Positions 18,946-27,622 of a DNA stretch of 41,777 bases are shown piece after piece. Both the position numbers and the translations under genes were made by a program. The DNA is from a bacterium. Its GTDB lineage: Bacteria > Krumholzibacteriota > Krumholzibacteriia > G020349025. The notes beneath the pieces were generated by a model. It was not told the DNA's origin. It saw only the letters and a program-made list of their open reading frames with translations, and did no database searches. The stretch lies in NCBI GenBank assembly GCA_031362565.1, contig JANLSU010000052.1:1-41777 (forward strand). Reading direction: 5' to 3'. Every line of letters begins with the position of its first letter. Position 1 is the stretch's first letter.

Positions 18946-19467
18946 ATGAGCGACACTTCAAACCATGCTCCGGATCCGGTGCGCGCGGCGCGCAACAAGG
19001 CGTTCGTGCTCTACGAGGGAACCCGCACGCCACATCGCAGTTGCGGGATTTGCTTGGCGGAAACGTTCGGCTTGGGGACGCGCCCCTACCAATCGTTGCG
19101 GCGCGGCGGACTCGATGGCCAAGGCGAGTGCGGCGCCATCAAGGCCGGCGAACTTGTGCTCGGCGAGATCCTGGGCGATCCCGATCCGGCCGGCGGGGTG
19201 ACCGCGGCGCTCGGCGCCGCCATGGCGCGCTATCGCGAGCACTGGCGGCGCCGTCTCGCCGGCCAAGTGGGCGAGAGCCTCGTCTGCAACGACCTCACCG
19301 CGCCACTCGGCGAGTTCCACGGCGAGGCCCGACGGCACTTCTGTACCCGGCTCGCGTCGCAGGCCGCCGCTGCCGTCGCCGAGACTCTTGTCGAAGCCGG
19401 GGTCGGCGTCGTCATCGAGCCTCCCGTACTCGATGCGCCCCTTCCCGAGGCGCCCCCGGGGCGCTAG
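18946..19467 (+). CDS. C_GCAxxG_C_C family putative redox protein
   Basis: Cys pattern HRSC, GECGAIKAG, SLVCNDL, HFC. Confidence 0.75.
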   Translation: MSDTSNHAPDPVRAARNKAFVLYEGTRTPHRSCGICLAETFGLGTRPYQSLRRGGLDGQGECGAIKAGELVLGEILGDPDPAGGVTAALGAAMARYREHWRRRLAGQVGESLVCNDLTAPLGEFHGEARRHFCTRLASQAAAAVAETLVEAGVGVVIEPPVLDAPLPEAPPGR

Positions 19468-20612
19468 TCGACGCCGCCGGGCCGGTCGGCGCGAGCGATC
19501 CAACGTTCGAGAAGTTCCTGGGCCCGTTCGAGGCTTTCGAAGTCGAGGCGGGCGATCTGATCTTGAGGCCGGTGCAGGCCGCGCGGCATGCGGCCGCCGG
19601 GCGCCAGTCCGACCAGTGTGATCGTCGGAATGCCGGCGCGCCGCAGCGAACCCGCATCGCTCACGAACGGCGCACCGAGGCCAGGGAGCGGTGCGCCCGC
19701 CGCCTGCCGCAGTGCCGCCAGCAAGTGTGCATCCCGCCGCCCGGAGCCGAAACTCACCCCGTCGTGTGCGGCCCAGCCGATTTCCGCACCGGCGCCGAGA
19801 CACTCGAGGTTGATGGCCCAACGTGGTACGGCGCTGGCGGCATGCGTCCGCACGAAGGCCGCGCTGCCCTGCGCGCCGATTTCCTCGCCCGACCAAAAGA
19901 TGAAACGCAGCCGCGCGTGCTGGGGCGGTGCGGCCCGCGCCTGCATGGCCGTCTCGATGAGCACCGCAACGGACGCTGCATCGTCGACGATGCCATGACT
20001 GCGCGGCGTCGCGAACCGGCTGCCGGCGAGAATTGCGGCGGCGCCGACGAGTGCGGCGGCGCCGGCCGCGGTCGCGACGCGGCGCCGGCCGGGGCGCCAC
20101 CGCGCTCCGATCCACGCCGCGACCGCGACGCCCAGCATCAAACCGAGGCCGGCGGCGCGGCCGGCATGGTCGAACCATTCGGTCTTCGAATCATAATGCG
20201 CCCCGATCCAGAGTTCGCTTGCAGCGCGCGCTTGCGGTTCGACCACTACTTCGAACGACGTCAGAGTGCGAGTCGGCGCCAACGCATCCAGCCCGCCGGC
20301 GATGGAAGCGCCAGCCGCGACGACCGCGAGAGCGGCGACGAATGGTGCCCACGCCGCCGAGCGCCGGGCGGTCAGGACCGCCGCGGCGGCGACACAGAGA
20401 AGCACGGCGGCGATCTCCAAGCGCCACGGCCGGGCGGTGAATGGCGTGGCGATGGGCCGGAGTTCCGCTTCGACGAGCAGCCGGGCAAGCGAGTCGCGGG
20501 CGGCGTCGATCCCGGTCCGTAGATCGCGCGGAAAATCGAGGCGGCGCAGAATGTCCAAGGTCGCCACACGGGGTGGGCTGGCCCTTGCACTCACCGGTAC
20601 GGTTCCCAGCAT
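19464..20612 (-). CDS. Membrane-associated M28 family metallopeptidase (start uncertain)
   Basis: GAHYDSK, GIVDDAAS, SGEEIGAQGS, INLE, SD, LHRPQD motifs; four hydrophobic segments. Confidence 0.8.
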   Translation of the reverse strand: MLGTVPVSARASPPRVATLDILRRLDFPRDLRTGIDAARDSLARLLVEAELRPIATPFTARPWRLEIAAVLLCVAAAAVLTARRSAAWAPFVAALAVVAAGASIAGGLDALAPTRTLTSFEVVVEPQARAASELWIGAHYDSKTEWFDHAGRAAGLGLMLGVAVAAWIGARWRPGRRRVATAAGAAALVGAAAILAGSRFATPRSHGIVDDAASVAVLIETAMQARAAPPQHARLRFIFWSGEEIGAQGSAAFVRTHAASAVPRWAINLECLGAGAEIGWAAHDGVSFGSGRRDAHLLAALRQAAGAPLPGLGAPFVSDAGSLRRAGIPTITLVGLAPGGRMPRGLHRPQDQIARLDFESLERAQELLERWIARADRPGGVD

Positions 20613-20723
20613 TGCGAACAGAATCCAGGCCGTGGCCGCCGCCTGCCGGTGGGCGCGCCGCGTCCACCCTCGTGCTATGGTGACTCTTGCCGCCGGGCAG
20701 GGCCGACTGGAGCGTGAGCGCGA

Positions 20724-21902
20724 ATGCGCCGCCGTTTGAGTCACCCGGATCTTCTCCTCGTAATTGCAGCGAGCGCCGTCGCGCTGCTTGCTGCCGAGGG
20801 CATGGTACGCCTTCTGTGGCGTCCCGACGCCGAAACGTCGGTCATCGAACCGCACCCTTTGTATGGCTGGGCGCTGCGGCCCGGCAGCCACTTGCACAGC
20901 GTCGCGAGCGACCGCGGACTCGACTATCACATTGCGGTGAATGCTCTCGGGCTGCGCGACCGGGAGCGCTCGATGGCGCGGCCGGCGGGCGTGCACCGGG
21001 TGCTCTTCCTCGGCGATTCAATGGTGTTCGGGGCCGGCGTCGAGACCGGCGATCGCCTGACCGAACGGCTCGAAGCGGCCCTTGCTCCCGGCGTCGAAGC
21101 CATCAATGCGGGAGTCAGCGGCTGGGGTGTGGATCAGGAGTTCTTGTGGCTCTGCCAGGCTGGATTTGCGCTGCATCCGCAGGTGGTCGTCGTCGGGCTC
21201 TGCGTGCTGAACGACGTTCTCAACGATCTCTTGCCGCACGAACTGTTCGGCGCGGCGCCCAAACCCTATTTTGAATTGCACGACGGCGTCCTTGTCCTCG
21301 TGCCACCGGCACCGCGCGCTCTGCCATCGCCGGGGCGGCGCGCCACAGCGCTCTTGCAGCACAGCCGCTTGTTGCATTTTGTCGGCCGCCATATGCGCTT
21401 CCTGATGGCACGCTTGCAACGGCCGGTTCCGGCTGCCGGCCGGCCCTACTATCCGGAGGATTTGGAATCCGATGCCTCGCATTGGGCGGTGTTCCGCCGC
21501 ACCTATTCGCCGCGCTTCGAGGCGGCTTTCCAAGTCACGGAAGCGCTGCTTGCTGCACTGCATGACTCCTGTACGGCGCGCGGCATTTCACTCGTGGTCT
21601 TCGCTTTCCCCCAGAAGGTCGAAGTCGACGCTCGAGATCGGGCCCTCGAACTCGCGCACTACGGCTACGATGCGGCGCAGTTCGATCTCGAGGCACCGTA
21701 CACGCGTTTGGCGGCAACGGTTGCCAAGATGAGTGTGCCGTGGCTGTATCCGCTGGCCGAATGGCGCGCTGCGGCGTCCGACGCGCGGCTCTTTTTCGCC
21801 CGCGACGGACACCCTAACGCCACGGGTCATGCGCTGGCCGCAGCGGAGTTGGAACCGGTGATTCGGGACGTCCTGGAGCACAGCGTCGCCACCCGGCGCT
21901 GA
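20724..21902 (+). CDS. SGNH/GDSL hydrolase with an N-terminal membrane anchor
   Basis: NALGLRD, FLGDSMVFG (block I), NAGVSGWG (block II), ND (block III), DGHPNATGH (block V). Confidence 0.87.
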   Translation: MRRRLSHPDLLLVIAASAVALLAAEGMVRLLWRPDAETSVIEPHPLYGWALRPGSHLHSVASDRGLDYHIAVNALGLRDRERSMARPAGVHRVLFLGDSMVFGAGVETGDRLTERLEAALAPGVEAINAGVSGWGVDQEFLWLCQAGFALHPQVVVVGLCVLNDVLNDLLPHELFGAAPKPYFELHDGVLVLVPPAPRALPSPGRRATALLQHSRLLHFVGRHMRFLMARLQRPVPAAGRPYYPEDLESDASHWAVFRRTYSPRFEAAFQVTEALLAALHDSCTARGISLVVFAFPQKVEVDARDRALELAHYGYDAAQFDLEAPYTRLAATVAKMSVPWLYPLAEWRAAASDARLFFARDGHPNATGHALAAAELEPVIRDVLEHSVATRR

Positions 21903-21921
21903 GCCTCGGCACGCGGCGCGA

Positions 21922-22992
21922 TCAGTGCCGGTAGAGCTGTTTCACGAAGGTCCAGTCGGCAGTTTGCACGGCGGTTTCGACGCCTTGGGCGGCGCACGCA
22001 ACCGGATAGGCACCCAGCGATCCGCACGTCCCGGCCGCCGCCGGCGAGTTGGCGGCGATCTGGAAATTGTCTTGTGCGGCGTTGCAGAAGAATGGGTCGA
22101 CGACGCGGTTCGTGTTCTGATCACCGGCGCAGATGGCGTTGGAACCGTTCGCCCACAGAATGTTGCAATCGACCCATGGACCGCTCGAGCCCTCGCATGC
22201 GAAGGCCGGTGGCGCGTTGAGCGCCACGATGCAACGTTGGACGCGTGTGCCCGAGCCGCGCAGACCGAAAACGGACCCGCCGCCGGTGTTCGCAACGATC
22301 GTGCAGTTCGTGTAACTCGGTGACGCATCGTTGCTGGCCAACACCGATCCGGTGCCGGTCTGGTTCGCCTGCACGCAGGTCGCGATGAGCGACGCTTCGG
22401 CGGCGTTGTTGGCGGCCAGGGCGCTGCCGTCGCTGGCGACGTTGGCGCGCAGCACACAGGCCGACAAACTCACCGGTGCAAAGTCCAAATAGACTCCGCC
22501 GCCGACGCTGGCGACATTGTTCGCGAACGTGCAGCGGACGAACGACGCGCGTGAGCCATCGCGGCAATAGGCGCCGCCGCCGAGCACGGCACTGTTGGCG
22601 TCGAAGGTGCAGTCCGCGAAAGTCGGGCTGGAGGCGAGCGCATAGAGTCCGCCGCCCCAAATGGCGCTGCCGCCGCGAAAGACGAATCCACTCACCGTCG
22701 TGGTCGTGCCGATGCCGATCGCGGTAACCGCCGAACCCTCGCCCTCGGCATCGACGACCGCGGTTCCCGGCGTCTGCGCGACGACCTGCACGCCGCTCGC
22801 CAGCACGAGACGTTCGTGATACGTCCCGGACGCCACGGAAACGATGTCCCCGGAGTGTGCCTGAGAGATGGCGGCTTGAATGGATGTGAAAGGTCCGCTG
22901 GGCGACACAACCCATATCGCGGCATCCGCGATTGCGGCCGCAAAAACGATCCCGGCAGCGGGAAGGACCCTTCGGGCCAGCTGCTTCACCAC
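21922..22992 (-). CDS. Secreted right-handed beta-helix (pectin-lyase-like/Pmp-repeat) protein
   Basis: Signal peptide ending ADA; FTSIQAAI...GDIVSVASGTYHE; repeated GGGxY...CTFxxN; DPFFC...SPA; C-terminal VQTADWTFVKQLYRH. Confidence 0.82.
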   Translation of the reverse strand: MVKQLARRVLPAAGIVFAAAIADAAIWVVSPSGPFTSIQAAISQAHSGDIVSVASGTYHERLVLASGVQVVAQTPGTAVVDAEGEGSAVTAIGIGTTTTVSGFVFRGGSAIWGGGLYALASSPTFADCTFDANSAVLGGGAYCRDGSRASFVRCTFANNVASVGGGVYLDFAPVSLSACVLRANVASDGSALAANNAAEASLIATCVQANQTGTGSVLASNDASPSYTNCTIVANTGGGSVFGLRGSGTRVQRCIVALNAPPAFACEGSSGPWVDCNILWANGSNAICAGDQNTNRVVDPFFCNAAQDNFQIAANSPAAAGTCGSLGAYPVACAAQGVETAVQTADWTFVKQLYRH

Positions 22993-23231
22993 GGTTGCTC
23001 CTGCATTCGGTCCGAACAGCGGAGGTCGGCAGCATAGCGCATCCGCTGCAGCCTGTCACCCCTTCTGCCCGGGCCCCAGGGCGCGCTCCGAACCGCCCCA
23101 CGGCCGCGCCGCACGCGGCGCCGGCCGCGGGCGTGACGCTGGACAGGCCTGCCGCGCGGGCCGGTCGTGGTGTAGGGTAGGGGACCAGTTGCGATGCGCC
23201 CGGCGGGCGCTGAACCCTGAGGAGGCACGCC

Positions 23232-24479
23232 TTGTCCTTCTTGACGGCCGAGAACCACGCCTGGCGGGAGCGCGCCCGCGACGTCGCGGAACGCGTCGTG
23301 CGTCCGTTGGCGGCGAAATACGATCGCGAGCAGACCTATCCTTGGGAGATCAAGGACGCTATCGCCGAAGCCGGACTCCTCAAGGTGTGGATCCCGAAGG
23401 AATACGGCGGCGACGGCGGCGGCACGCTCAACTTGTGCATCGTCGTCGAAGAGTTGTCGCGCGCCTGCGGCGGAGTCGGCGTCATGTACGCGGTGAACGC
23501 TCTCGGTTCGTTTCCGCTCCTCGTCGGCGGCACCGAGGCGCAGAAGCAGAAGTATTTGCCGCTCATTGCGGCCGGCAAGAAACTCATTTCGTTCGGATTG
23601 TCGGAGAAATTTGCCGGCAGCGACGCGCAGGGACTGCGCTGTGAGGCCAAACGCGACGGCGATTTCTACGTCTTGAACGGCGAAAAGAAATGGAACACCA
23701 ACGGCGGCGCCGCCAACCTGTACACGGTGTTTGCGGTCACCGACGCCAACTCGAAATCGCGCCGCATCAGTGCCTTCCTCATCGATCGTGACGACGGCTA
23801 CAAGGGCTTCAACATCACCAAGGTCGAAGACAAGATGGGGATCCGTTGCGTGCCGGTGGTCGAATTGGAGTTCGACAACTGCCGCGTGCCGGCGGCGACG
23901 CTGCTCGGCGGGGAAGCCGGATACGGCTTCAAACACGCCATGCAAACCCTCGACATGGCGCGGCCGGGGGTCGCGTCGCAGGGCGTCGGCCTGGCGCAGG
24001 GCGCGCTCGAGTATGCGCTGGTGTACGCCCAGAAGCGGGTGCAGTTCGGGGCGCCGATTTCATCCTTCCAGATGATCCAGCAAATGCTCGCGGACATGGC
24101 GATGAAGACCGAGGCCGCGCGCCAACTGGTGTACGCGAGCGCCCGGGCGGTCGACGAGGGCCGGCCGGACGCCACCAAGCTGGCGGCCATGGCCAAGTGC
24201 TACGCCACCGACGTGGCGATGGAAGTCACGACGAATGCCGTGCAAGTCTTCGGCGGCTACGGCTACATGAAGGACTACCCGATCGAGAAGTACATGCGCG
24301 ATGCGAAGATCACCCAGATCTACGAGGGCACGAACCAAGTGCAGCGCTTGGTCATCGCGCGCAACCTCATCAAGGAGTCGCGGCAGTACTCGTATCTGGA
24401 GAAGTACATCCCCAACGAAGTGCAGCGCGGCTACAACGATCCGGAAACTTTGGCGCGCGCCGAGGCGCATACCAGCTGA
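23232..24479 (+). CDS. Acyl-CoA dehydrogenase
   Basis: FGLSEKFAGSDA, LNGEKKWNTNG, EDKMGIR, RVQFGAPI, QVFGGYGYMKDYPIEKYMRDAKITQIYEGTNQVQR; GAGGAGG RBS before TTG. Confidence 0.95.
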   Translation: MSFLTAENHAWRERARDVAERVVRPLAAKYDREQTYPWEIKDAIAEAGLLKVWIPKEYGGDGGGTLNLCIVVEELSRACGGVGVMYAVNALGSFPLLVGGTEAQKQKYLPLIAAGKKLISFGLSEKFAGSDAQGLRCEAKRDGDFYVLNGEKKWNTNGGAANLYTVFAVTDANSKSRRISAFLIDRDDGYKGFNITKVEDKMGIRCVPVVELEFDNCRVPAATLLGGEAGYGFKHAMQTLDMARPGVASQGVGLAQGALEYALVYAQKRVQFGAPISSFQMIQQMLADMAMKTEAARQLVYASARAVDEGRPDATKLAAMAKCYATDVAMEVTTNAVQVFGGYGYMKDYPIEKYMRDAKITQIYEGTNQVQRLVIARNLIKESRQYSYLEKYIPNEVQRGYNDPETLARAEAHTS

Positions 24480-24491
24480 CCCAGGCACCAG

Positions 24492-24536
24492 GCCCGGCGC
24501 GCCCGCCATTGCGGGGCGCGCCGGGCGCTTTTTTTT
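24492..24536 (+). terminator. Intrinsic terminator after the acyl-CoA dehydrogenase
   Basis: GCCCGGCGCGCCC...GGGCGCGCCGGGC stem followed by T8. Confidence 0.88.
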
Positions 24537-24657
24537 GTTGCCAGCCGCCCCGTCCCGGGCGCATAAGAGACGCGTCCGGATACCAGACACCCGGCGGCAC
24601 GTCTCTTGCGTGCCGCGTGGACTCGTGGGGAACCTCTGGGTGGTGAGGGCGGTAGCG

Positions 24658-25239
24658 ATGCGGGCGCAACGTTTTCTCCGTGATCAGTTTCACGCCTATC
24701 GCATGTGGATTCTCGAGCGGCCGCGCGGCCTCCAGCCGGCGCCATGGGCGGCGCCGCCGGCCGCGGTCGAACTGGTGTTCGCCGACCGGCACGCGCGGCG
24801 CGATTGGGCCTGCCAGCGCGCTGACGATTCGGATTGGTCCCAGTACCGCGTCGCACTCGAGCACGACCATGACTTGATTCTGGCGCTCGAGAACGGCAAG
24901 ACCGCCGGCTGGGCGTGGATTGGCTACGACCGCGTTTACTTACCGCCGCTCGGACGCGACATTCATCTCGCCCCCGGCACCGGCTATCTCTACGACGCCT
25001 ATGTGCGGCCGGAGATGCGCCGCCGCGGCATTGGTTCGGCCCTCGTTGGTGCGCGCTGTGAACGCGCCGACGGGCGCGGGCTCGAGCGCTTGCTGAGTCA
25101 TGTGCTTGTGGGCAACGAACCGTCGCTGCATTCGCTGCGCGCCCATGGGTTCGAGACGATGGGCCGCACGGTCTTCCTGCGGGCCCTGGCGCTGAAGATG
25201 TGGACCCGCGGCCCCTTGCCGACACCGCGCGCGGCCTGA
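24658..25239 (+). CDS. GNAT family N-acetyltransferase
   Basis: YLYDAYVRPEMRRRGIGSAL (motif A), N..S...L...GF (motif B). Confidence 0.85.
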   Translation: MRAQRFLRDQFHAYRMWILERPRGLQPAPWAAPPAAVELVFADRHARRDWACQRADDSDWSQYRVALEHDHDLILALENGKTAGWAWIGYDRVYLPPLGRDIHLAPGTGYLYDAYVRPEMRRRGIGSALVGARCERADGRGLERLLSHVLVGNEPSLHSLRAHGFETMGRTVFLRALALKMWTRGPLPTPRAA

Positions 25240-25245
25240 GCCAAG

Positions 25246-25641
25246 ATGCCGCGTACGGTCGCCGTCATCGGTGCGTCCAACGATCGCAGCAAGTATGGGA
25301 ATCGCGCCGTGCGCGCCTATCGCGCCGACGGCTGGGACGTCTACCCGGTGCATCCGACCGCGACCGCGATCGAAGGCTTGCCGGCCTATCCCAATATCGA
25401 GGCGGTTCCGGCGGCGATCGACCGCGCCACCCTCTATCTGCAGCCCGCGACGACACTCGCGGCGTTGGATGCAATTGCCCGCAAGGGCGTCGGCGAGCTC
25501 TATCTCAATCCCGGCAGTGAAAGCAGCGCGGTGATCGCGCGGGCTCGAGAACTCGGGTTGCAGCCCATTTTGGCGTGCAGCATCGTCGAGATCGGCCGCA
25601 GTCCCCACGACCCCGAAGCGCCACGCCGCACACCACACTGA
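25246..25641 (+). CDS. CoA-binding domain protein (YccU-like)
   Basis: VAVIGASNDRSKYGN, VYPVHP, IEGLPAY, LNPG. Confidence 0.88.
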   Translation: MPRTVAVIGASNDRSKYGNRAVRAYRADGWDVYPVHPTATAIEGLPAYPNIEAVPAAIDRATLYLQPATTLAALDAIARKGVGELYLNPGSESSAVIARARELGLQPILACSIVEIGRSPHDPEAPRRTPH

Positions 25642-25730
25642 GACCTGCACCGCGACGCGGCACGATGCACCACGTTGCGCCGCAACCAGCGCGCGCCGCC
25701 GCTGCATTCGGTGAGCGCGCGCACATTTTT

Positions 25731-25760
25731 TTGCATTGGCGGGGTGCAGCGCGATATACT
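25731..25760 (+). promoter_or_regulatory. Putative sigma70-type promoter
   Basis: TTGCAT-18 nt-TATACT, preceded by a T-tract, upstream of ATG 25820. Confidence 0.55.
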
Positions 25761-25819
25761 GGAGGGTGTCCCGCTCGGGACTCTTCTCTGTGTCGTATTC
25801 GCAACGAGGCAATCTCTCC

Positions 25820-26521
25820 ATGCTGCACCTGCTCGCCGCGCCATTGCTTGCTGCTGCGCTCTGCGTGGTGCGGCCGCTGCCCCCGGGCACGAACGCCCAC
25901 GCTCCCGCCTTGCCAGGCACCGACAGCGCTCTGTCGTGTGACGATGGCTCGATGGGCGGCACGCTGGTGCAACGGCTGGATGCGTACTACGGCAACCGGT
26001 TCGAACTCGGCTGCGCGAGCGCCCGCATCACCAGCGTGCAGTTCACGCACTTTGGTGCCGGCCGGCCGGGGCCGTACGCGTATCGTTTGCATTTGCTCGA
26101 CGCCGCCTGCCGCGAAACCGGCGTGACCGGGTTGTTGACGACACCAAGCGCGGCGCTCGAACCCGCCACGACATCGGTAGACGTTGCGGCGCTCGCGTGG
26201 TGTGCCTCGGGATCCTTCGCGGTGATGGTCGAGCCGCTGTCGTGCGCCGATGGACTCAGCGGCCAGGATTGCTTTCCGGCTCTCGTGGTCGACGCAACGA
26301 GTGATCCCGAAGCCGGCGCGCATTGCGGCGTCGTGAGCGCCGAGACGTCGTCCGGCCGGGCGTGTCTTGCGCCGCGCAGCGCCGACGGCCGCTACTACGA
26401 CTTCCTGCTGCGGGTGGGGATCGCGTGCAACGATCCGGCCTGTACGACCGGCGTCCGGCCCGCGACCTGGTCGACTCTCAAACGCCTCTATCGCGACCCT
26501 CGTCCAGCCCTCGCCGAGTAA
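25820..26521 (+). CDS. Secreted cysteine-rich hypothetical protein
   Basis: Hydrophobic N-terminus MLHLLAAPLLAAALC, 10 further cysteines, near-C-terminal TGVRPATWSTLKRLYR. Confidence 0.7.
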   Translation: MLHLLAAPLLAAALCVVRPLPPGTNAHAPALPGTDSALSCDDGSMGGTLVQRLDAYYGNRFELGCASARITSVQFTHFGAGRPGPYAYRLHLLDAACRETGVTGLLTTPSAALEPATTSVDVAALAWCASGSFAVMVEPLSCADGLSGQDCFPALVVDATSDPEAGAHCGVVSAETSSGRACLAPRSADGRYYDFLLRVGIACNDPACTTGVRPATWSTLKRLYRDPRPALAE

Positions 26522-26605
26522 TCAGCCCACAAAGCACACCTCTACAGTCGCTTAGCGGGTTCGCCGCAAGTGGTGCGCGAGGCGTTCGCTCGACTCGAAG
26601 CCCGG

Positions 26606-26621
26606 TGGCGCGACTAGTGCT
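26606..26621 (+). promoter_or_regulatory. Possible sigma54 (-24/-12) promoter upstream of the DUF4912-GH57 cluster
   Basis: TGGCGCGACTAGTGCT: GG-N10-GC spacing, close to the TGGCACG-N4-TTGC consensus. Confidence 0.35.
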
Positions 26622-26714
26622 TGCCGCGCCGCCTCCCATGCCCTAATAAAATGAGTGAGGGCACGGGAACCCGTGCCGGTTTTGCGGAGCTTGGGTCCCC
26701 AACGGGAGCGCGGC

Positions 26715-27554
26715 ATGTCCGAACCGACGCCGATTCGACCCCGCGTGCCGGGCGCAACGCCGGTGCCGCCGCGCCCGCCCGTCGGCGCGACCAAGGCGCC
26801 GCGCGAGTGGCGCTCGAGCCGCAACGTGGAGGAACGCAGCGTGCCGGCGCCAAGGGTTGTCAAAGCGATGCCGGCCCGCGATGCCGAACCCGCTGCGGGC
26901 AGTGTGCCGTCCGTCTTTGCCGCGCCCGGCAGCCCGGCGCCGGCGCCGGCCGCAGCCCACGTGGCGCCCGCGGTCGGGCCCTTGCCGTCGCCTCCCGATC
27001 TACCGGCCCTCTACGGCGTCGACCGGCTCGTCCTGCTGGTGCGCGACCCCTACTGGACCTATGCGTGGTGGGAACTCACCGATGGCAATCTCGCCGACGG
27101 CCGCAGGGCGATGGGCGGCGACGCGGCACTCGTGCTCCGGGTGTACGACATCAGCGCGATCTTGTGGGATGGCACCAACCACCACTCGCACTTCGACATC
27201 GCCGTCGAAGACCTGGCCGGCAGTTGGTACCTGGAACTCGCCAAACCCGGCGCGTCGTTCTTGGCCGAGTTGGGATTGCGCGCTCCGGATGGGCGCTTCT
27301 TGGCGCTCGTGCGTTCGAATGTCGTGACGCTGCCACGCGACACCGTGTCGGATGTGGTGGACGAGGAGTGGATGGTGGTGGGCGAAGAGCAGCGCGTGCT
27401 CTTCGAACTCGCCGGTGGTGGCAGCCTGGGACTCGGGTCCGGCGATATTCCGCGCCTCCTCGAACAGCGCCTCCGTTCGGAAATGGCGTCCGGGCTCTCG
27501 TCGTCGCGCGGTGCTTCGAGCCCCGCATTCCCGCCCACCCCCCGTCCCACATGA
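26715..27554 (+). CDS. DUF4912 domain protein with a Pro-rich N-terminus
   Basis: LPALYGVDRLVLLVRDPYWTYAWWE, LRVYDI, SWYL, AELG, LVRSNVVTLPR; GGGAG RBS; adjacent to a GH57 gene as is typical. Confidence 0.82.
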   Translation: MSEPTPIRPRVPGATPVPPRPPVGATKAPREWRSSRNVEERSVPAPRVVKAMPARDAEPAAGSVPSVFAAPGSPAPAPAAAHVAPAVGPLPSPPDLPALYGVDRLVLLVRDPYWTYAWWELTDGNLADGRRAMGGDAALVLRVYDISAILWDGTNHHSHFDIAVEDLAGSWYLELAKPGASFLAELGLRAPDGRFLALVRSNVVTLPRDTVSDVVDEEWMVVGEEQRVLFELAGGGSLGLGSGDIPRLLEQRLRSEMASGLSSSRGASSPAFPPTPRPT

Positions 27555-27622
27555 GGCGGAGCGCCGCCGCAACAATTCGCTGCGCACGGCGATGCTGCCG
27601 TGCGGCGCTTTAGAGGGTGAGC

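Noticed and set aside
24565..24607. Inverted repeat AAGAGACG...CGTCTCTT upstream of the GNAT gene
   Set aside because: Single short occurrence with no second copy or target duplication seen; insufficient to call a MITE or ncRNA.
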